From assembly GCA_965222075.1 (NCBI GenBank), contig OZ244937.1, positions 448,001-512,000 of the forward strand: 64,000 nt of DNA, read 5' to 3'. This document shows positions 57,175-64,000 of the stretch, one piece after another (the stretch's first letter is position 1; every line of letters begins with the position of its first letter). Position numbers and translations under genes: made by a program. The DNA comes from Candidatus Latescibacterota bacterium. GTDB lineage: Bacteria > Latescibacterota > UBA2968 > GCA-2709665. The notes beneath the pieces are model-generated. The model was not told where the DNA came from. It searched no databases and saw only the letters and a program-made list of their open reading frames with translations.

Positions 57175-59359
57175 ATGAATACTAATCCCGAAAAGGACTC
57201 CAAATGGGAACAAATCGTCACCTACCTGAAGCATCTCGCCCTTTGTCTCGCTGCCCGGGGCCTGCTATTGCTCGCGATATCGGTGACTGTTCTGATACCT
57301 CCCCTAATCCCAACCAGCATCGTCTTGGCCTTGGCATGGGCATTGGACTGGGCTTGGGCTTGGGCCTTAGCTTGGGCTTGGGCCTTGACATTGGCAGGGG
57401 CCTTGGCCTTAGCTTGGGCTTGGGCCTTGACATTGGCAGGGGCCTTGGCATGGGTCTGTGACTGGACATGGGCATGGACATGGATTCCAGAACTATTAGA
57501 ATCCCTCTGCGTATTCATCAGAGATAAACGGATAATCGAGAATGCAAACATCATTACGATTATCACCATAGGCCTGATTTCGCTTCTGCTTCTAAGAAAA
57601 GACACCAGGCAATCTCTATTGAACATCATCAAGAAGACCTTCGAAGTCTTTCGGGGTAGATGGCTGCCAAGAATGGATAGCGGAGAAAGCCTGTTGAAGA
57701 CTTGGCGGTGCTACTTCGCAAAGGTCTGGCCGTCCATGAAAGAGACGTTCACTGAGTCCCTAAAGCTGGCCGCCTACCCGGTGCATTTCGCCCTTCGTCT
57801 CGCCGCCCGGTTCCTGCTGCTGCTCGCGATACTGGTGACCGTTCTAATGACGCCCCTCCTTTACCCTGTGTATCTTGTCCTTTACCCTGTGTATCTTGTC
57901 ATTCGTCTCGATTTCCTTCGTCTCGCTCCCTTTGTCGCTTGGTTCCTGCTGTTGCTCACGATACTGGCGGCTATTCTAATATCATCCCTAATCCTAATTA
58001 GCATCGTCTCGGACTTGGGATGGAATATAGGGCTATTAGAATCTCTCCGGGCGTTCATCAGAGAAGACCTGAAAAGTGAGAATGTAAACATAATTACGAT
58101 TATCGCCTTGCTCGCTAGCATAGGCCTGTTTTCGTTTCTGCTTCAAAAATCTGTAGAAGACATCAGGAAATCTCTATCGAACATCAGAGCGAAAATCGTC
58201 GAAGTCTTTCGGGACAAATGGTGGCCAAAGATAGATATTAGGGAAAGCCTGAGGGTAACTTGGCGGTGCTACGTCGCAAGGGTCGGGTCGTACATGAAAT
58301 ATACGTTCACCCAGTCCCGAAGGCTGGCCTTCGCCGCGTTGATCTTGTGCATTATCTTGGTTTGCGGTTACATTTCGGTAAAAGAATTCAACAAATGGCA
58401 AGGGGAGGTGATGTCCAAGCTGAAGGCTATCGAGGGTAAGGTGAATGGGAGCGTCATCGTCTTGAGCGATTTTTCGCCATCTTATCCATTGGAAAAGGGC
58501 ACCCAGTTTTCGTTGTTCTATCTGTTCCAAGGCGATTTGGACAGCAAGCAAGGCATCTGTCCGGCAGACAGCAATTTGGTGGAATGGTTGACGTCGTTCA
58601 AAATGGCGATTTCAAAATGCTCCAATGAGGGCGGACGTGTGAGGCTGAAGGTACGGGCGTTTGCGAGCACCGCGCCGGTGACTAAGAAAGGTATTCTCGA
58701 CACTAAGTAGTCAAGCAGAAGTAATTGTGAACTCTCTCACTGGATTACAGGAGTAGAATTCCCTACGAAAAAATCGCCTTAACTCTTTGTAAATATTGTG
58801 CTATAGATGTAATAATCTTCAGCATAGGGCCAGTAATATTCGTTTTTTACAAAAACTATTGCATCACTACTTATCAGTAGTCTGTTGGCTCAAGAAAATC
58901 CTGCTCACAACACCCTACCAAAGCTTCGCAAATAGGGCTAAATTGGTGGTTGAAGGCATAGAAAATCACACCAAAAGCCGAAATCAACAAACCACAGTTA
59001 TGAAGTCGGATACGTTCAACTATAAGATCGCCAATGAGCGCGCCGAGGCAATCATCTACTTCCTGACGTTGGCCGACACCATACAATACAACCCGAAGAG
59101 ATGCAAGGCCGCCCTTAACGATAGCCTTATATGGCGGGGATATCCGGAGCCCGACAGCACATGGGAAGGGCAGGGCTTCACCGTGACCTACAATCCATGG
59201 GAAAGCTATGCGAAGATGACGGAGGCCAAACTGGTGAAAGACGGTTCACTGGATAACCGACGACGCGACCTTGAGTTCCTCAACCGCACGGTGGAGATCA
59301 TCATTGAGGACGGCGGCTGCCTGACTAAGCCAGTGGACAACGCCGGGAATTCAGATTAA
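57175..59359 (+). pseudogene. Membrane protein with internal duplication and OmpA-C-like domain, split by an AT-rich insertion
   Basis: VRAFAS (ORF 57175-58710) continues as FNYKIANERAEAI...NRTVEI (59003-59359). Confidence 0.6.
58709..59002. mobile_element. AT-rich insertion of about 290 bp (MITE or IS remnant)
   Basis: Abrupt GC drop; AAGT at both junctions; removal restores the reading frame (DTKSDTFN). Confidence 0.5.
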
Positions 59360-59724
59360 ACCACACAGGGCGAAGGAGTATGACAGTAGTGCGGGAGGGA
59401 GCGCGGAACAGGGCAAAAGTCGAGTGCCAACGAAGAGGTGGCACATCGTGCCTTGTGCGCGTGTGGGGTTGCACGCGGCGATAAAAGGGTTTAGCGAAGG
59501 ATTATCACCCCGGGGGAGACGCATAACGATGCTTAGGTCCGACAGACAGCCCCGCCTACCTGCCGAGTCAGGCGCATCGATGCCGGGTAATGCCGACGCC
59601 TGCCTGCGCCGAGTCCTGCGCGGCAGGCAGGGAGGAAAGGGGCCTGACTTCGGACACGCTTGGGAAGGGGACAAAGGTCTGGAGAGTGGCGCAAGCCTAT
59701 CACCTCAAAGTGTTCACAGTATTG

Positions 59725-61713
59725 TTATGGCGCAGCGGCCAGGGCTTCGAGGATGGCGTTGACGTCGTAGACGCAGCCGCCCCAGGTTCCCCCGCCGACG
59801 TTCTGGAGGGCGGCCCAGAGGCGGGTGTCGTCGGGCAGGTCGGGGTCGGGCGCCAGGTCGGGGTGGCGGGGGCGGCGGGCGAGGATGCGGGCACCGGCAC
59901 CGGCGCCGAAGCGTTCCGTTTTGTGGCCCACCAGGTTGACGCTGCCTTCGAGGGTGTTCCGGTCGATGACGATTTCGACCATGTCGCCATCGGTGAGTTT
60001 GCCGACCGGGCCGCCGGCGAGGGCCTCCGGACCGATGTGGCCGATGCAGGCACCGGTGGAGAAGCCGGAGAAGCGGGCGTCGGTGAGGACGGCGACCCGT
60101 TTCCCAAAGTCGAGGTATTTGAGCGAGGTGGTGATCTGGGCGATTTCCTCCATGCCTGCGCCCATGGGCCCCCGGCCGATGAGGACCATGACGTCGCCCG
60201 GTTTGACGCCTCCGGGGCCGGGGTCTTTCAGGGCGGCGATGGCGGCACGTTCGGTTGTGAAGGTTTTGGCAGGGCCGGTTGTGCGGTAGACGCCGTCTGC
60301 GTCGACGACGGTGGGGTCGATGGCCGTGCTTTTGATGACGGAGCCTTCGGGGGCGATGTTGCCGGTGGGGAAGCAGACGGTGCTGGTCAGCCCCCTCTCC
60401 CGCGCCCGGTCGGGGCGCATGATGACGTCTTCCGGGGCAACGCCGTCCAGGTCCCGGAGGCGCTTCCGGAAGCGGGTGCGGCGTTCTGAGGATTCCCACC
60501 AGTCGAGGTTTTCGCCAACCGAACGTCCCGAGACGGTGAGGGCGGCCTCCCTGAGGAGGCCCAGGCGGCGGAGTTGGCGCATCACTTCGGGGACGCCGCC
60601 GGCGAGGAAGGCCCGGATGGTGGGGTGATAGTGGGGGCCGTTGGGCAGGACATCGACGAGGCGGGGAACCTGGCGGTTGACCCTGTTCCAGTCGTCCACG
60701 GTAGGGCGGGAAAGGCCGGCTGCGTAGGCGACCGCCGGGATGTGCAGGAGGAGGTTGGTGGAGCCGCCGAAGGCGGCGTGTGTGACCATGGCGTTGTGGA
60801 GTGCGTCATCGGTGAGGAGGTCGCGGGTGGTGAGGCCGACGGCCTGGAGGCCCAGGAGCGCCCGAGCGGATCGGCGGGCCATGTCGAACCAGACCGGCTC
60901 TCCGGATGGGGCGAGGGCGGAGTGGGGCAGGGCGAGGCCGAGGGCCTCGGCCACGACCTGGGATGTGGCCGCTGTGCCGAGGAACTGGCAGCCGCCTCCG
61001 GGGCTGGCGCAGGCCCGGCAGCCCAGGTCCTGGACGTCTTCGATGGTTATTTCGCCGTGGGCGAGACGGGCGCCCACAGACTGGATCTTGCCGGCGTCTT
61101 CGCCCTGTTCGGGGGGGAGGGTAACGCCGCCGGGCACGATGACGGCGGGCAAGGTGTGCATGGCGGCAAGGGCTATCATCATGGCGGGGAGGCCTTTGTC
61201 GCAGGTGCCGACGCCGATGAGGCCTTTTCGGGTGGGCAGGGAGCGGACGAGGCGGCGCAGGACGGTTGCCGCGTCGTTGCGGTAGGGGAGGCTGTCGAGC
61301 ATGCCGGTTGTGCCCTGGGTGCGCCCGTCGCAGGGGTCGGAGCAGTAGCCGGCAAAGGGGATGCCACCGAGGCGAGAGATCTCCCGGGCGGCTTCCTGCA
61401 TGAGCAGGCCGACTTCCCAGTGGCCGGTGTGATAGCCCAGGGCGATGGGAGTACCGTCGGGCGCCCGGATGCCGCCCTGCGTGCTGAGGATGAGGAATTC
61501 CGGGCGGCCAAGCTCGGCCGGGTTCCACCCCATACCCGCGTTCTGGGTGTAGCCGAAGATGTCGCCGCTGGGGGCGTTGATAACCTGTTCTTCGGTGAGG
61601 GTGATCAGACGGCCTTCCGGACCGGGCGCGCGGGACCGGACGGTGTAGATCGAATCGTCGTCGGACTGGACGATGGCTTTGAAGGGGATGGAGGGGATGG
61701 TGTTGGTGGTCAT
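59725..61713 (-). CDS. YjhG/YagF-family D-xylonate dehydratase (IlvD/Edd family)
   Basis: [51 protein letters not shown]. Confidence 0.93.
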   Translation of the reverse strand: MTTNTIPSIPFKAIVQSDDDSIYTVRSRAPGPEGRLITLTEEQVINAPSGDIFGYTQNAGMGWNPAELGRPEFLILSTQGGIRAPDGTPIALGYHTGHWEVGLLMQEAAREISRLGGIPFAGYCSDPCDGRTQGTTGMLDSLPYRNDAATVLRRLVRSLPTRKGLIGVGTCDKGLPAMMIALAAMHTLPAVIVPGGVTLPPEQGEDAGKIQSVGARLAHGEITIEDVQDLGCRACASPGGGCQFLGTAATSQVVAEALGLALPHSALAPSGEPVWFDMARRSARALLGLQAVGLTTRDLLTDDALHNAMVTHAAFGGSTNLLLHIPAVAYAAGLSRPTVDDWNRVNRQVPRLVDVLPNGPHYHPTIRAFLAGGVPEVMRQLRRLGLLREAALTVSGRSVGENLDWWESSERRTRFRKRLRDLDGVAPEDVIMRPDRARERGLTSTVCFPTGNIAPEGSVIKSTAIDPTVVDADGVYRTTGPAKTFTTERAAIAALKDPGPGGVKPGDVMVLIGRGPMGAGMEEIAQITTSLKYLDFGKRVAVLTDARFSGFSTGACIGHIGPEALAGGPVGKLTDGDMVEIVIDRNTLEGSVNLVGHKTERFGAGAGARILARRPRHPDLAPDPDLPDDTRLWAALQNVGGGTWGGCVYDVNAILEALAAAP

Positions 61714-61747
61714 GGAAAAACTCAGCGATTAGGGGTCAGGGGATTGT

Positions 61748-62518
61748 CTATTTCAGGCCCATCGCCTGGAGGTTTCTGAGGCTGATGCCCAGGCTTTCAA
61801 AGGGGTCTCTCTGGCTCCTGTCCTGCTCGACGATGTACCAGCGGGTGCCGGCCTCTTTGCAGGCGTCGAGGATGGCGGGCCAGTTGAGGTTGCCTTCGCC
61901 GACTTCGGCGAAGTGCTGTTCGCGGCCTTTCATGGCCATGTCTTTGACGTGGACCAGGTCGGCGCGGCCCTTCGCTTTGCGGATCCAGGCGGCGGGATCG
62001 CCGCCTCCGTGCTGGATCCAGTAGGTGTCGATTTCCAGCTGGAAGAGGTCGGGGTCGCTCTCTTCAAAGAGGATGTCCAGGCCGGTGCGATCGCCGAATT
62101 TTTCGAGTTCGAAGCTGTGGTTGTGGTAGCCGAAGGTGAGGCCGGCCCCGGCAAGTTTGCGGGCGACTTCGGAGGCCTCCTGCGCGAATTTCTTGAACCC
62201 GTCTCCACCCGCTTCGCGGTAGGACTGCGGCAGGCCGCCAATGGCGGGATATTTGCAGTCATAGATGAGGTGCTCATCGATGACTGCCTGGGGATCATCG
62301 CGCATGCGCTCGTAGCCGGTGTGGGTGGCGCAGATGGTGAGGCCTTCGCCGTCGGCCATGGTTTTGAGTTCTGTGGGGTCGATTTCTCCCAGGGCCGAGA
62401 TCTGCATGGCGTCGTAGCCGAGGGCTTTTACCTTTTTGAGGGCGGTAGCGATGTCGGCAGGCGTTCTGGTGAAGTCTCGAACGGTATACATCTGCGCTGC
62501 CAGGACGGTGCTGGACAT
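61748..62518 (-). CDS. Sugar phosphate isomerase/epimerase (xylose-isomerase-like TIM barrel)
   Basis: QMYTVRD, YHNHSFE, EIDTYW, HVKD, EVGEG, IVEQD. Confidence 0.9.
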   Translation of the reverse strand: MSSTVLAAQMYTVRDFTRTPADIATALKKVKALGYDAMQISALGEIDPTELKTMADGEGLTICATHTGYERMRDDPQAVIDEHLIYDCKYPAIGGLPQSYREAGGDGFKKFAQEASEVARKLAGAGLTFGYHNHSFELEKFGDRTGLDILFEESDPDLFQLEIDTYWIQHGGGDPAAWIRKAKGRADLVHVKDMAMKGREQHFAEVGEGNLNWPAILDACKEAGTRWYIVEQDRSQRDPFESLGISLRNLQAMGLK

Positions 62519-62556
62519 TTTTTGCTCCTTTTGTATCCGGTTGTCTCTCACAGGGA

Positions 62557-63555
62557 TCAGAACCGCGTGTTCGGGTAATGTGCAAAAGGCGTTTCCACGC
62601 CCAGTATGTCGGCCTCTTTTTGAAGTACCTGCCGATGTTCGTCGCTGATGGGAATCCCTTTTTGTTCGTTCTCTTTTGCCCACATCCATTCGTTGCCGCC
62701 CGCCAGTTCCGCCCGCTCCATGCCGGGCAGAGGCTTCGTTTGACGGGCATCGCCGATAAAGCGGTCCATCTCCCGCTTCAGTTCGTCCAGGGGCATGAAA
62801 TGGTCCACATTGACCACGGCGATGAAGGCACCGTGGTCCGAATCCCACGGCGAGGCCTGGCATTCCGGTCTGTAAGCACCCGCGAATACACCGCCCAGGG
62901 CCCTCAGGACCGAACACAGCGCCATGGCCTTGAAGAAGGTTGTGGGCAGCCGCTGGAACAGTTCCTCCTCGAAATTGATGAGTGTTCCCCCCATATCCAT
63001 CACCAGCGGCGGCTGCTCCCCGGCCGGAATCGCCACGCTGATCGGCGAGGTGTTGACAACGTCGAAAATCATACTTCCCGGTTCGATATACGTCCCGTAC
63101 GACGAAACGGACAGCCCGATGCAGTCGTGGGCCACGGCCAGCCTGGCGTAATTGCTGGCCGCGCCGACGTGCTGGTGATTGCGCGTGGTAAGCGCCGCCA
63201 CGCCGCCCGCTCTGGCTTTTTCGATGATCTTTTGCGTCCCCTCATAGCACGGAAAGTATCCCAGACCTCCATCTCCGTCCATCACCAGGGCCGCGGGTGC
63301 CTCGGTTACCACTGAGATTTTTGGACGGGGATTGACGGCTCCGTCTTTGATCTTTTGCAGATAATAAGGCACCTGCCTGGTGCCGTGGCTGAAGAGGCAG
63401 CGCAGGTCGTTTCCGGTCAGGATATCTCCCAGCAGCTCCGCATCTTCCCGTGGCATTCCGACTTTCTTAAAGAGACTGACAATCAGCCTTAGCATTTCTT
63501 CCGCCGGCAGACGGATGCCGTGCTCGGGCGGGTAGTTTCGCTTATTCAGATTCAT
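62557..63555 (-). CDS. Ldh_2-family (malate/L-lactate/L-sulfolactate-type) oxidoreductase
   Basis: DLRCLFSHG, MDGDGGLG, RNHQHVGA, PISVAIP, LVMDM. Confidence 0.85.
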   Translation of the reverse strand: MNLNKRNYPPEHGIRLPAEEMLRLIVSLFKKVGMPREDAELLGDILTGNDLRCLFSHGTRQVPYYLQKIKDGAVNPRPKISVVTEAPAALVMDGDGGLGYFPCYEGTQKIIEKARAGGVAALTTRNHQHVGAASNYARLAVAHDCIGLSVSSYGTYIEPGSMIFDVVNTSPISVAIPAGEQPPLVMDMGGTLINFEEELFQRLPTTFFKAMALCSVLRALGGVFAGAYRPECQASPWDSDHGAFIAVVNVDHFMPLDELKREMDRFIGDARQTKPLPGMERAELAGGNEWMWAKENEQKGIPISDEHRQVLQKEADILGVETPFAHYPNTRF

Positions 63556-63597
63556 TTCTTGAAAACCTCCCAGGGAAAGTATATGGACGGGTGTCAC

Positions 63598-64000
63598 TTA
63601 ATTGAGGGATTCCATTGGCCCCAGGGCCACCAGTGAGAAGTCGCCGTCTAAGGGATAGGCCTCCAGGTATTCGGCGATGCGCTTTGGGGTGACGGCGTCG
63701 ATTTCGGCGATCTCTTCTTCAAGGGTTTTGAGTGGGGTGTTCGTACTCAGGCTGCCGACGATTTGGGAGAAGCGAGAAAGGCCGTGTTCACCGCCGCAGA
63801 CGAGGGCGGTGGCATGTTTGGTGCGGGCCCTGGCGAGGGCCTCGGCATCGACTCCCTTTTTCAGGTCGGCCATTTCCTGACGGACGATGTCGAGCACCCG
63901 GGACACATTCTTGGGATCGACCGAGGCGTAGAGGTAGAAGAGGCCGGTGTCGCTGAAGCCGTAGTAGTCGGCCGAAGCTTCGTCGGCCAGGCCTTTTTGA
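63598..64000 (-). CDS. M16 (pitrilysin-like) peptidase, C-terminal part
   Basis: KGLADEASA.YYGFSDTGLFYLYA...IDAVT...LVALGP; continues past the window edge. Confidence 0.75.
   Translation of the reverse strand, partial: QKGLADEASADYYGFSDTGLFYLYASVDPKNVSRVLDIVRQEMADLKKGVDAEALARARTKHATALVCGGEHGLSRFSQIVGSLSTNTPLKTLEEEIAEIDAVTPKRIAEYLEAYPLDGDFSLVALGPMESLN

Overview
High-GC bacterial window. FlgD-Ig C-terminal domains, a C25 peptidase, dockerin/EF-hand modules and plant-type LRR proteins suggest an FCB-group organism such as Latescibacterota, possibly host-associated (inference only). Layout: (1) 1-8.4 kb, minus strand: PVM-like bacterial microcompartment operon (PduL, 2 BMC-H, 3 BMC-P, aldehyde dehydrogenase, class II aldolase) with a GT-C membrane protein and a secreted beta-propeller intercalated. 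(2) 8.6-28.7 kb: divergent Wzi/Wzx/Wzy-type surface polysaccharide locus with aminotransferase, amidotransferase, sulfotransferase and two methyltransferases. (3) 28.9-40.2 kb: giant C25 (gingipain/PorU-like) protein, metallopeptidase-PD40-Omp85 fusion and a K+ channel. (4) 40.2-59.7 kb: accessory region with two dockerin-bearing LRR proteins, a cohesin-FlgD protein, a KAP NTPase, an orphan sigma-54 regulator and many decayed mobile elements (IS, group II intron, RAYT/REP, MITE). (5) 59.7-64 kb: sugar-acid catabolism genes. The most unusual signals read directly from the DNA are two families of ultra-short (22-33 bp) hairpin micro-insertions that nest in themselves and interrupt other elements, mostly in frame, and LRR cassettes that appear to be shuffled and swapped between cohesin/dockerin surface proteins. 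No rRNA, tRNA or CRISPR array was seen. All domain calls are from motif recognition by eye; no database searches were run.
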